Positions 9,569-20,507 of a stretch of DNA of 64,000 bases are shown here, one piece after another. Source of the DNA: a virus. Within the stretch, counting starts at the first letter, position 1. Each line of letters begins with the position of its first letter. The notes under the pieces were generated by a model. That model had not been told where the DNA came from and did not search any database. It saw nothing but the letters and a program-made list of their open reading frames with translations. The stretch spans positions 10,773 through 74,772 of IMG/VR virus record IMGVR_UViG_3300028274_000006. One strand, given 5' to 3'. The position numbers and the translations under genes are program-made.

Positions 9569-11119
9569 ATGGCTAGAAACTTTGTCTACTATCGTAAAAG
9601 GACTTACTCAGGGGGTCAAAATGATGCTGCTGATTTAGATCAGTTGCGTGATGATGAGTCTAGAGTGGTCCAGAATGCTTATATTGGAAAAGAAGGTATC
9701 GTACAAAAGAGAAGTGGAACCACCATCTTAGGAGATGACACCGGTGATACTAAAATCACGGGATTAGATTCGTGGAAGGAGTCTGATGGGACTAAGTGGC
9801 TATTTTCAACAACTGGTACGGATCTTAGATACCTGAACTCTACTACTTGGGATACCCTAGATAATGGATTCACAACAGGATTAGATACAGAATTCGTCGT
9901 TGCTGATAATAAACTCTACATCCTTAATGGAACTGACAACATGCACAGCTATGATGGTGCATCTGTAGCTCTTAATTCAGGTCTTGTTGATATGGGGAAT
10001 GCTGCTGTTCCAAAAGCTAAGTATGGAGTCTGGTGGAAGAACTACATGTTTATTTGTGGAGCTAGCGTTTTTGATGGTACTAGCTATCCCACAAGAGTAT
10101 GGTTTTCTAATATTGGTGATGCAGACACTTGGACAACCGCAACTGATTACTTTGATGTAGGATTAGACGATGGCCAAGCAATTACTGGCATAGGCATTCT
10201 AGATAAGTTTTTAGTTATCTTTAAAGAGAACTCAATTTACATCCTTACAGGAGATGGTCCCAGTGCTTGGAAGCTATCTGCCACCGTAAACAACTTGGTT
10301 ACTATAGCCAACGGTGTTGGTTGTGCTTCTCACCGATCAATCGTTCAGGTAAGCAATGATCTTTGGTTCATGGATCAGAATGGAAACATTAGATCTATAA
10401 GAAAGAATGAAGAGGGCGGAAATCCTCTATATGGAATCATCAGTGCTAATATTCAGGGAACTATTGATGGACTTAACAAGGGGTCTTTATCTAAGGTTGC
10501 AGGCAAGCTATTTAACAACAGGGTTTACTATGCAGCGCCCAATGGGTCATCTAGCTTTAACAACATATTAATGGTTGCTGATCTTAGGATTAGGATAGAT
10601 AAACCACTTAACCCTCATCCCTGGGTAACTTATACCGGTTGGAGTCCAGGAGTTTTGGCGGTCTATTTGCCTAGCAATCAACCACAGCTCTACTATGGTG
10701 AGGGTGATGCTGATTCATTGATATATCAAGCTGAAACCGGCACAAATGATAACAGCGCGGCCATAGACTTTGACATTAAAGACAGAATGATAGACCTAAG
10801 AGATCCGGACATGAGAAAGACGGCCAGGTTTATTATCGTTACGGCAGAATCAGGGGGAGACTACAACGTCGCAGTATCTTCAAGTCTTGATGGAACCACG
10901 TTCAGCGAACATGGAAATATTAATCTTTACTCTGGAGACGTATGGAACTCTGGAACATGGGATACATCAACCTGGGGTTATGGAGTTGAAATTAAAAAGA
11001 AGTTTGCCTTACAAAGAGCAAGCGAACAGATTATGATACGTTTTAGAAATAACGCAGCAGATCAGGCAGTAACAATGAAGCCATACACTTTGGCATTCAA
11101 ACCAAAGAAAATTAAATAA
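9569..11119 (+). CDS. Tail nozzle / DNA stabilisation protein (P22 gp10-like role)
   Basis: Beta-propeller-like, with KRSG, RVWFS, VIFKENSIY and GVGCAS motifs; paralog of 49892. Confidence 0.7.
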   Translation: MARNFVYYRKRTYSGGQNDAADLDQLRDDESRVVQNAYIGKEGIVQKRSGTTILGDDTGDTKITGLDSWKESDGTKWLFSTTGTDLRYLNSTTWDTLDNGFTTGLDTEFVVADNKLYILNGTDNMHSYDGASVALNSGLVDMGNAAVPKAKYGVWWKNYMFICGASVFDGTSYPTRVWFSNIGDADTWTTATDYFDVGLDDGQAITGIGILDKFLVIFKENSIYILTGDGPSAWKLSATVNNLVTIANGVGCASHRSIVQVSNDLWFMDQNGNIRSIRKNEEGGNPLYGIISANIQGTIDGLNKGSLSKVAGKLFNNRVYYAAPNGSSSFNNILMVADLRIRIDKPLNPHPWVTYTGWSPGVLAVYLPSNQPQLYYGEGDADSLIYQAETGTNDNSAAIDFDIKDRMIDLRDPDMRKTARFIIVTAESGGDYNVAVSSSLDGTTFSEHGNINLYSGDVWNSGTWDTSTWGYGVEIKKKFALQRASEQIMIRFRNNAADQAVTMKPYTLAFKPKKIK

Positions 11120-11128
11120 AGGAGATTT

Positions 11129-11830
11129 ATGGGAGTAATAACTAAACCAAACACTTATGTAGCAGGTAGTACAATCCTAGCATCAGAAGTAAACGCTAAC
11201 GAAGATACTCTATACACGTTAGTTAATGGCAATATAGAGAACGCTAATATTAAAGCAGCAGCAGCCATTGCTTATTCAAAGTTGAACCTAACCGGGGCTA
11301 TTCTGGCCGCAGACTTAGCAACTGACGCAGTTGAGACAGCTAAGATTAAAGACGCCAACGTAACAACGGCAAAGATTGCAGATGATGCAGTAGATGGGGA
11401 CAAACTAGCAGATGACACAGTAGATGATTCAAAACTTAATCTGACTCAAGATCAGACACGCAAGGGAAACAACGCGGCTATTACAGCTACGGCTTCTTTA
11501 GGGACTACAATCATAACTCATGCTTCCCTACCAGCAGGCAAATACATTTTCTATGGTAACTGTGCCTGTTATGTAGATACAGGAGCGGACGTTACTGGTG
11601 CTATCATTTGGGAATTAAATGATGGGTCAAGTCAAATTCATGCAGACATGCCTGGATTTAAATTTGACAGCGCAAGTGGTGCGCAAACTGAATGGTCTGG
11701 AGCTGGATTTATAACTGTTAACACACTTAGTGGTACTACCACTGTAAACTTAGCGGCTTACAAAAAGGGTGGAATCACTAATGGTAATTATTCAGGAGCC
11801 ACAATGTTTGGCTACATCAGAATAGCTTAA
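11129..11830 (+). CDS. Tail needle / short fibre protein
   Basis: ASEVNANED N-terminus and VTTAKIADDAV repeats; N-terminus shared with 51452. Confidence 0.6.
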   Translation: MGVITKPNTYVAGSTILASEVNANEDTLYTLVNGNIENANIKAAAAIAYSKLNLTGAILAADLATDAVETAKIKDANVTTAKIADDAVDGDKLADDTVDDSKLNLTQDQTRKGNNAAITATASLGTTIITHASLPAGKYIFYGNCACYVDTGADVTGAIIWELNDGSSQIHADMPGFKFDSASGAQTEWSGAGFITVNTLSGTTTVNLAAYKKGGITNGNYSGATMFGYIRIA

Positions 11831-11840
11831 AGGAGAATAT

Positions 11841-12590
11841 ATGGCATCAGTTGACGAACAAATTAGAGCACTAGATAGTCAGGCCGCTGATGAGATCAAT
11901 AAATATATTGATGAACTCAAGGGCGAGGCTCAAGGTGACTTTGATTTTATTACTAAGTTTTTAAAGAGGCAATTTGAGACTGCTTTAGGAACTGACAATC
12001 AAGCCAGAGCTGAGTTCTTTTCTAAGGTTGCCAACCAGTTGGAAAAACGCATTGGGAGAATTCCCTTTGACTTTGATCTTAAAACTGGCAGAGAGAAGGT
12101 AGATATTGCCAACTTCTTGAGAAGACAAGACATAGAAGACACCGACCTACGGGCCAGAGAAGCGGAGTTTGAGCAACAACAAGAATTTGCAACCGGCATA
12201 GAGACTGAACAACGCAAAGAAGAGTTTGGGGCTAGAGGACTTTTAGACTCAGGGCTTCAGGTTAAGCGCAGACAACAGCAAGAAGAGGCAAGGAAACTAA
12301 GCACTGATCCTATTCGTAGGGCGTTTGATCTTGAGAGAACTCGTAGAACAGAGCAATCAAAAGAAGCTCAACTACAAAGCGGGCGCAGACTAGAAGATAT
12401 CCAAACAGGAGCTAGAAGAGGTGCAGAAGATGTACAGTTTGGATTTGATAAGGGTAGCGAGGCAGCTCAGTTAGACTTTGAAAAGAGACTGTCTGCTATT
12501 GAAAGAACTGGAGCTTCTGAGAGAAGAAACGTACTATCTCTACTAACACAAGAAGAATTATTAAAGAAACAACTAGGACAATTCGGATAA
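11841..12590 (+). CDS. Putative internal/ejection virion protein
   Basis: Helical, with ARGLLDSG motif; paralog of 53373. Confidence 0.55.
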   Translation: MASVDEQIRALDSQAADEINKYIDELKGEAQGDFDFITKFLKRQFETALGTDNQARAEFFSKVANQLEKRIGRIPFDFDLKTGREKVDIANFLRRQDIEDTDLRAREAEFEQQQEFATGIETEQRKEEFGARGLLDSGLQVKRRQQQEEARKLSTDPIRRAFDLERTRRTEQSKEAQLQSGRRLEDIQTGARRGAEDVQFGFDKGSEAAQLDFEKRLSAIERTGASERRNVLSLLTQEELLKKQLGQFG

Positions 12591-13582
12591 TGACAGACCT
12601 ACCAAGTTTTACCAGAGATCTAGAACAATTCAGGCAAGAGTCCGATATATCTGGAGTGGGACAGCGACCAATTAATGCCGCTACCCCAATTTTAGATCCT
12701 TCCGTAAAAGAAACTCCAGAGATTGAACAACAGGAAATTAGCGCACCATCATTTGCTGATGATATAGCTAGTTTTAACAAGGAAACTATTGATGTAGGGA
12801 GCCAGGCAAAAGAAGTTGCTTCTAGAGTTAATACGCTGAATGTTGAATTAATTAACAAACAGGAAGAAGCTGCTAAAAAAGAACAAGAAAAGGAGCCTTA
12901 CGATCCTACTGGCAAGACTCCAGAACAGATTATGGCTGAAACAGGTCAGCAGTCTTTACTAGATGACTTAGGAAAAAAGGGCATTGATGTTAATCAGTTA
13001 GCTCAATCTAGACAAATGGAGCGCAAGGGGATTGACGCGGTACAGCTAGAGAGAGTTAACCAATTAGTTAGTCAGGGACTTTCAGAAAAAGAGGCTTTTT
13101 ACAACGTAGCCATAGAAGGCAACGTAGAAGAGGATATCCCTGGATTAAAACTCTTTGAGGGCGACTTTGATATTAGCCAACAGTTTAACAACTTTAACCC
13201 ATCGCTCTACAAAGGCATTACTGCCGACAGTAGACACAAGGGCTTAGATGTTGCTGTTCCTAAAAACACTGAACTAAAGGCCCCTGTATCAGGAGAAGTT
13301 AGATTGGGATTTGACCAGAATGGCTACGGTAGAAACGTTGTTATAATAGATGAGTTGGGAAACAGCCATAGAATTTCACACATGGACTCGTTTAGCCCAC
13401 AAGCTGTCACAGCAGCTAATGAAGGCAAAAAGATAGGAGCAGGACAATCAATAGGATTAAGTGGAGGCAAAGGAAGATTTGCAGGAAACTCCACTGGCTA
13501 TCACACTGATATATCGGTTAGAAACAGCAGGGGTCAATTTGTGAACCCATTATCATTATCAGTTTATAGTCAATTATTTTAA
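12590..13582 (+). CDS. Virion protein with C-terminal M23 peptidase domain
   Basis: HKGLD, APVSG, GYG, SHM and STGYHTD M23 motifs. Confidence 0.8.
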   Translation: MTDLPSFTRDLEQFRQESDISGVGQRPINAATPILDPSVKETPEIEQQEISAPSFADDIASFNKETIDVGSQAKEVASRVNTLNVELINKQEEAAKKEQEKEPYDPTGKTPEQIMAETGQQSLLDDLGKKGIDVNQLAQSRQMERKGIDAVQLERVNQLVSQGLSEKEAFYNVAIEGNVEEDIPGLKLFEGDFDISQQFNNFNPSLYKGITADSRHKGLDVAVPKNTELKAPVSGEVRLGFDQNGYGRNVVIIDELGNSHRISHMDSFSPQAVTAANEGKKIGAGQSIGLSGGKGRFAGNSTGYHTDISVRNSRGQFVNPLSLSVYSQLF

Positions 13583-13591
13583 GGAGAATAT

Positions 13592-14728
13592 ATGGTATTA
13601 GATACACCACCGCAGGCACAAGCAGGAGATGAATTAGCAAGACAACTACAGTCAAGTTTACAAGCTCAGCTTTCTTTGGCAGAGGACTTTCAAAGCAGAG
13701 CACAAGAGAGGTTTCCAGAACTTCAAAAAAGAACTAATGAAGTTCAAGCATTTGCAAGAGGAACGGATCCAGGACAAGGAGCTTCTAGTGTAGAAGCACT
13801 ACGCAACTTAGGAGAAAGAGTATCTGGGGAAGCCCCCAGTGCCTTATTAACAGCTTCTTCTGGATTGGGTAGAGCACTACAAACCGGATTGGATGAAACA
13901 GTAGCTGCTGAAAGAAGAGGGTTTCAAGAAACTCAAAGCGACAACGTAATAAACATAATAAGCAAAATGATTTCCCTCAAAGAGAGACAGGATGAAGCGG
14001 TAAGACAATCTGTTAAGGATGGATTCAAGGTTACTGCAGATGGAACTATAGAGCCATTGAGCGAGCAAGAGTTTGCTCAAAGAGAGTTAGTTGGGGAAGA
14101 TGCAGTTGCAGAAGTTATTAAGCAAGGTGGAAGTGACTTGGTAAGAAAAGGCGGTACTAAAGACGAGAGGTATGCGATTGCAGAATCAATTCTCCGGTCT
14201 GGAGGTATTCAACAATACAAACAACAAATTCCATTGATTGAACTCATAACAAATTCAGAAGAAAAAGATATTAAAACTCAAACAGACTTACTTCAACTGA
14301 TTGATCAGGGAGTTGCTTTGTTTTCAGGTACAGATGTGAAAACAGGAACTGGTCCATTTGCGGCATTAATCCCAGGCTTTTTAGCTGGTGAGAAAACAAG
14401 ATCTCTAAGGAGAGTAGTTGAAAACGTTAAGGCTCAATATGCAAAAATTATATCTGGAGCAACGGTTTCAGATAGAGAAATGAGCAGACTAGAGAAGTTC
14501 TTGCCAACATCTGGAAAGACAGAGACTGAAAACCTAGAGGATTTAAAACAACTATCTAAAGATCTTATGATTAACCAATTAATTTTTGAAAAGGGTAAAC
14601 GAGAAGGATTGACTGCTAACCAGGCGTACAGCGAGTACGGTCAAGAGATTTTTGATCAATTTGAAGGAACTGGGGCGGGATCATCAAATCAAGATAATGA
14701 CAAAATATTAGAAGAAATGGGGTTCTAA
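13592..14728 (+). CDS. Putative ejection (DNA transfer) protein
   Basis: Helical, with ISGATVSDRE...FLP motif; paralog of 54993. Confidence 0.55.
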   Translation: MVLDTPPQAQAGDELARQLQSSLQAQLSLAEDFQSRAQERFPELQKRTNEVQAFARGTDPGQGASSVEALRNLGERVSGEAPSALLTASSGLGRALQTGLDETVAAERRGFQETQSDNVINIISKMISLKERQDEAVRQSVKDGFKVTADGTIEPLSEQEFAQRELVGEDAVAEVIKQGGSDLVRKGGTKDERYAIAESILRSGGIQQYKQQIPLIELITNSEEKDIKTQTDLLQLIDQGVALFSGTDVKTGTGPFAALIPGFLAGEKTRSLRRVVENVKAQYAKIISGATVSDREMSRLEKFLPTSGKTETENLEDLKQLSKDLMINQLIFEKGKREGLTANQAYSEYGQEIFDQFEGTGAGSSNQDNDKILEEMGF

Positions 14729-14730
14729 AT

Positions 14731-16155
14731 ATGCCAACAGATAAAAGATTATTATTACAACAAGCTAAAGAGAGAAACCCCAACCTTACAAGAGAAGAGG
14801 CTTCCTTTATTTTAAAACAAGCAGACTTTAAATCAGAGCCAACTGGATTTCAGAAGGTAGCTAAGAAAGTTTCTAAGGCTGCACCAACGGCAGGAGCTAT
14901 TCTAGGAGGAATTGCTGGATCAATACTCGGAGCACCAAGTGGACCAGGAGCCATCGTAACCGGTGCTGCTGGATCAGCTGTTGGAACTGCTGCTGGATTA
15001 GGAGTTGGTGAAACTCTAGAAGATGCTTTTAAAATTCAAGATGAAACAGCAAGTGAAAGAGCTGTTGAACTTGTAAAAGAACCAGCTATAGCCGGATTAT
15101 TTGATTTACTTACAGCAGGTACTTTAAGGATAGCTGGTAAGACACTAGGACCAGTAGGACGCGCTTTAAAGGGAGCTGCTAAAGGAGCTGGTAGGGTGTT
15201 TGTTCCTAAAAATGCAAGCACTAAGGCTTTTAGTTCAATATTCAAAACAAGTAGTCGCGTTGCGTCTGAGCTGAAACCAGATGAGGTGGCTAGTGAAATG
15301 GTCAAACATGGATTCACTGGAGATCTAGATGATCTTGCAAAGATTGCAGACGACGTAAGTGGAGCTGAAGGACAAATTAGCAGAATAACTAGAAATGCAG
15401 TTGGTAAGATAGGGAAGAACATTGATATTGGAGATGCATTGACTGCCACGGGTAAAGCTGCTGACGACGCTGTTAATCTAGACGCCAAAACACTGAAAAA
15501 CGTTCAGGTTGGTATAAACAACATCTTGAGCAAAAACATTGGTGGCACAAAAAGCGTTACTGGGATTAATCCACTAGACGCTTTAGATTCCCAAAGAACT
15601 TTGGAGAGGATAGGATATGGTCTTCTAAACAAGGCTTCTAGAAGTGCTGACGGACTCTCTGCTGAAGTGTTAGAGCAACAAGCTAAAATCTATCTAAGCA
15701 CTGCTGATGAGGTAGCAAATGCCATTGATAAGGCAACCAAAGGGGCCATAGTTGATAGTTTTAAAACATCTCAAATAATAGATTCTCTAAACGCTATCTC
15801 TCCAAGATTAGCAAATCAATTCAAGGCTGCTAAAACTATCCCGGAGATCAGATCAATAGCAAAGCCATTTGTGAGAATGTCTAAACTAATTGAAGCTACT
15901 AAGGCTTACTCTAGCTCAGCTTTCATAGAAGGATTAAAAGGAAGAGGAATTGGAGACGTAGCGGTTGGTGCAATTACTAGACCAGAAGCAGCTACATCGT
16001 TTGCGGTAGCCGGAAAAGAATTGGCTGAGAGCATTCCTGGAAGAGCTGCCAAAGGTGCAGTTGAATTAACTGGTAGAGCTGCAGAAGCAGTTTTGTCACC
16101 GAGCACAGCTAGGATGTTAGTTCAATTGGGGTTAATACCAAGTAGAGAAGAATAG
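14731..16155 (+). CDS. Putative ejection protein with Gly/Ala-rich hydrophobic segment
   Basis: Glycine-zipper-like stretch; paralog of 56177. Confidence 0.55.
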   Translation: MPTDKRLLLQQAKERNPNLTREEASFILKQADFKSEPTGFQKVAKKVSKAAPTAGAILGGIAGSILGAPSGPGAIVTGAAGSAVGTAAGLGVGETLEDAFKIQDETASERAVELVKEPAIAGLFDLLTAGTLRIAGKTLGPVGRALKGAAKGAGRVFVPKNASTKAFSSIFKTSSRVASELKPDEVASEMVKHGFTGDLDDLAKIADDVSGAEGQISRITRNAVGKIGKNIDIGDALTATGKAADDAVNLDAKTLKNVQVGINNILSKNIGGTKSVTGINPLDALDSQRTLERIGYGLLNKASRSADGLSAEVLEQQAKIYLSTADEVANAIDKATKGAIVDSFKTSQIIDSLNAISPRLANQFKAAKTIPEIRSIAKPFVRMSKLIEATKAYSSSAFIEGLKGRGIGDVAVGAITRPEAATSFAVAGKELAESIPGRAAKGAVELTGRAAEAVLSPSTARMLVQLGLIPSREE

Positions 16156-16224
16156 TTATCTACCACCAAACATGGCGCCAGATAAAAATATTAAAAATAA
16201 AACTAAAACTATAATACCGATCAT
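16156..16224 (-). CDS. 22-aa single-TM peptide MIGIIVLVLFLIFLSGAMFGGR (candidate superinfection exclusion)
   Basis: Same length and frame at 57534-57602; TGtTATAAT 7 nt upstream on the - strand. Confidence 0.75.
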   Translation of the reverse strand: MIGIIVLVLFLIFLSGAMFGGR

Positions 16225-16239
16225 AAAGGACATTATAAC

Positions 16240-16620
16240 ATGGCAACACAAACAGCGACCGAATTAACAATACAAAGACTGAAAAACGAGTCTTCAGACA
16301 AGTCAGTTTCACCTGTAATTCCCAGAGAAGGAATGATGGGGAGAGCGTCTGCTGGTACTTGGCATAATGTGTTAGTAGACACAGATGGTAAGTTACAAAC
16401 TGCTGCCGTTTCCTCAAGTAAGGGATTACAATTTGATACTGATTCTGGAGTATCCACCACCTTCTATTTAGGCACAGCAGCTACAGGAACAGCTACATCA
16501 GCGGCAAGTTGGGCTATTCAAAAAATAACCACAGCCTCTGGTGTTCAGATGCTATGGGCTGATGGCAATTCAACAGAAGATAATATTTGGGATAACAGAG
16601 AGTCTTTATCATATTCATAA
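16240..16620 (+). CDS. Putative minor virion protein
   Basis: AASWAIQKI...WADG...WDNRESLSY; N-terminus shared with 57617. Confidence 0.6.
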   Translation: MATQTATELTIQRLKNESSDKSVSPVIPREGMMGRASAGTWHNVLVDTDGKLQTAAVSSSKGLQFDTDSGVSTTFYLGTAATGTATSAASWAIQKITTASGVQMLWADGNSTEDNIWDNRESLSYS

Positions 16621-17637
<1,017 letters not shown>

Positions 17638-17639
17638 AT

Positions 17640-18110
17640 ATGCACATAAAAATTGAACCATCGGGATGTTGTGAACTAAAAGGTTTAGTGCAAATAAGAA
17701 CCTGTTTTTATCTTGAACCAGGTGAAGTTGGATATGATGAGTTTGTTTACCAGTCACCTATTATCCCAGAGGGGGGTTACACTGGTGGGGTTGATGATGC
17801 TGGAAATCCAACTGATATTGAGGATTATAATGAGTGGCTTGCTGGCCTAGATACTGAGCAAAAAGTTAACCCATTTCATAACCACTTTATATATGTTCCA
17901 CACACATCTAGTGATGAGGAGATCTTAGATAAAGCAGAGGCGTTTGCAAGGGAGGCCTATGTTTTACACTCAAACAATCAGTTGATGGACATGAAAAACA
18001 AAGATGTTGTTTTCCCAGATGTAATTGATAAAGAATCTTGTGATGCTAGAGTTGATGAATTAATAGCAACTAACCCCTCAAGAACAAAGGAGACATCATC
18101 ATGGCTTTAA
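17640..18110 (+). CDS. Hypothetical acidic protein
   Basis: ORF tightly coupled within the collagen module. Confidence 0.65.
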   Translation: MHIKIEPSGCCELKGLVQIRTCFYLEPGEVGYDEFVYQSPIIPEGGYTGGVDDAGNPTDIEDYNEWLAGLDTEQKVNPFHNHFIYVPHTSSDEEILDKAEAFAREAYVLHSNNQLMDMKNKDVVFPDVIDKESCDARVDELIATNPSRTKETSSWL

Positions 18111-18595
18111 TTGATGTAGGGCTGGCTGCGATTGATAGAGCTAGTATTTGGCAAAACCCAACCTATACACTAATAAATAAGGATAACTCTGCCGATGGCA
18201 CTGGAACGCTAACCTCTGTTGAAATATGGGCTAATGTAACCACAACTGGGACTGTAGTCGCAACCTTTTTCGGTTCTAGCACAACTTATACTAGTAGGGC
18301 TGGCACAACTATTGGTGCGGTAACTGCTGGGTCAAAACAAACCTTTTCTGGATTGAGCATTCCAGTTGAAACAGGCGACCTAATAGGTATGTATGTAGGG
18401 TCTGCGGGCAAGATGGAGATGGGTACTGCGGGTACAACAGGTATGTATTACAAGTCTGGCAATAATATTACTGAAGCTGAGGTATCTGGCTACACTGACT
18501 ATAGTTATGGTTTCAGTCTCTATGGCACAGGAGCAACTGCCGCAGCCGGTGGTAGAAACCCAGCAACAATATTTGGTAATTATGCAATGGTATAG
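18101..18595 (+). CDS. Thr/Gly-rich beta-structured putative virion protein
   Basis: Composition, AAGGAG RBS and position. Confidence 0.55.
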   Translation: MALIDVGLAAIDRASIWQNPTYTLINKDNSADGTGTLTSVEIWANVTTTGTVVATFFGSSTTYTSRAGTTIGAVTAGSKQTFSGLSIPVETGDLIGMYVGSAGKMEMGTAGTTGMYYKSGNNITEAEVSGYTDYSYGFSLYGTGATAAAGGRNPATIFGNYAMV

Positions 18596-18600
18596 CAATT

Positions 18601-20304
18601 ATGAAAGACATATCGGTAGTTCTTATTGCCAAAAACGAGGAGAAGACTCTCCCCAGACTCCTAGAGTCATTAAAGGGCATTAACGATATTGTCTTAGTAG
18701 ATACTGGATCCACAGACAACACGGTCAAGATTGCTAGAGATGCCGGTTGTAATGTTGAGGAGGTTGGAGACAGATTTAAGATAGGCCCCACTCAAGAACA
18801 AATAGATAGTTGGAAGAAAGACTACGGCATGGAGCCTAGCTTTAAGTTGGGAGAGAAATACTTTCATTATGCCAACGCCAGAAACTATGCGGCCTCATTA
18901 GCTAAGAACGATTGGGTCTTTAGTGCTGATTGTGACGAGGCGATAGATTGGGACTTAGATAAGGTTAGAGAAGCCATCCAAGATGAAGACCATTTAACTT
19001 ACAGGTTTTGCTATACACACAACCCAGATGGGAGTTGTGCCTTAGAGTTTCAGCAGTGCAAGATGTACCGCAAGTCTAAACTTAAATGGACTAAGTGGAT
19101 CCATGAGGTTTTAACTGAAATTGAGCCATGCAAACCTCCTAAGTATTGTGACTTTATTTATCACAACCACTGGCAGAACCCAGAGAGTAAGAGAGGACAC
19201 TACCTACCAGGCTTAGAACTATCCGTGCTAGATCAACCAAATGATGACAGGAATGTTTATTATTTAGGCCGTGAGTATCTATGGAGCAAGAAGTACCAGG
19301 AGGCGATTGTATTCTTAGAGAAGGCTTCTGAGTTATCACAATGGATGCCAGAGAAAAGCCAAGCTCATGTTTTTATGGGAGAGGCTTATGAACACCTGGG
19401 AGATATCAATAAAGCTATAGATTGTTATTTAAAGGCCATATCTGTTTACGGGCTAAGACGAGAGCCGTACTGGAGCTTAGGACAAGCCTATGAAAAGCTA
19501 AAGAGGCCAAGCGAAGCTAAGGTATGGTATCAGGCGGCTTTAGGTGTTGAATATAATCCACAAGGCTATTTAACTGAAATGACATATTATGAGTGGAGAA
19601 TACCAGATCAACTAGCCACTCTTTCAAGCGATAAAGAAGAATGCAAGAAGTGGTGGGTAGAATCGTTAAAACACAATCCAGACAAAAGAATTCTAAACAA
19701 CGTTAAGTATTTCTATGACACACCACTAATCTCAATCATTGTACCGGTGGTGCGTAAAGAAGGATTTAAGAGACTGACTGAATCAATCAAAGAGAACACC
19801 GTCTATCCTAACTATGAGATTATTTGCAGAGATGAGGATGGCACAGCCATCAAGAAGTTCAACGATGGTGTTAGGGAGTCTAAGGGCGAGTTTATTGTTT
19901 TCTTAGCAGATGACACTGAGGTAATGTTGGGGTGGCTAACTCAAGCATTTGTACACTTTAAAGAGAATCTTCATGGTAAGGGGATAGTCGTATTAAACGA
20001 TGAGGGATGGAAGGAAAGCATTGCCCATCACTTTCTAATTTCTAGAAACTGTTTAGACGATCTTGAGAACAACGAGATATTTTACAGAGGATACAACCAC
20101 TGTGGCGTTGATGTAGAACTAGCAGCTCAAATGAAGAAGCGGGGTCTCTATACTTACTGCAAGGATGCCGGGCTGAAGCACTATCACTATTGTCTATCTA
20201 CTAGGGGAGTTGAACCCAACAAAAGAGATGGGTGGTATAAAAAGGTAGACGCCTGGAGAGAAGACGATAAGAAGCTTCTAGATGAAAGACTGGAAAAGAT
20301 ATGA
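18601..20304 (+). CDS. GT2-TPR-GT2 glycosyltransferase
   Basis: IAKNEE, VDTGSTD, ARN, DCDE, IHE, then TPR repeats, then ISIIVP...FLADD. Confidence 0.9.
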   Translation: MKDISVVLIAKNEEKTLPRLLESLKGINDIVLVDTGSTDNTVKIARDAGCNVEEVGDRFKIGPTQEQIDSWKKDYGMEPSFKLGEKYFHYANARNYAASLAKNDWVFSADCDEAIDWDLDKVREAIQDEDHLTYRFCYTHNPDGSCALEFQQCKMYRKSKLKWTKWIHEVLTEIEPCKPPKYCDFIYHNHWQNPESKRGHYLPGLELSVLDQPNDDRNVYYLGREYLWSKKYQEAIVFLEKASELSQWMPEKSQAHVFMGEAYEHLGDINKAIDCYLKAISVYGLRREPYWSLGQAYEKLKRPSEAKVWYQAALGVEYNPQGYLTEMTYYEWRIPDQLATLSSDKEECKKWWVESLKHNPDKRILNNVKYFYDTPLISIIVPVVRKEGFKRLTESIKENTVYPNYEIICRDEDGTAIKKFNDGVRESKGEFIVFLADDTEVMLGWLTQAFVHFKENLHGKGIVVLNDEGWKESIAHHFLISRNCLDDLENNEIFYRGYNHCGVDVELAAQMKKRGLYTYCKDAGLKHYHYCLSTRGVEPNKRDGWYKKVDAWREDDKKLLDERLEKI

Positions 20305-20507
20305 CTAATAGTGACACACTTAAATACCGAGTAGAGCAGCTAGAAAAGAAATATGACTCTTTAGATAATAAGTTAGATAAGATCATGACCAACCATTTAC
20401 CTCATATTGAACTAGAGTTAGTTAAATTTGGAACTAAACAAAAAGTGTATACTGCTCTTAACATAGGAGCTATTATAGTAGGTATATTGGCAACTAAATT
20501 CTTATGA
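20301..20507 (+). CDS. Small coiled-coil protein with C-terminal TM (lysis region)
   Basis: KIMTNHLPHI shared with 59025. Confidence 0.65.
   Translation: MTNSDTLKYRVEQLEKKYDSLDNKLDKIMTNHLPHIELELVKFGTKQKVYTALNIGAIIVGILATKFL

Noticed and set aside
16211-16220. ATAATACCGA match to the 23336/23691 repeat
   Set aside because: It is short, AT-rich, lies within the antisense peptide codons and is not conserved in copy B; likely chance.
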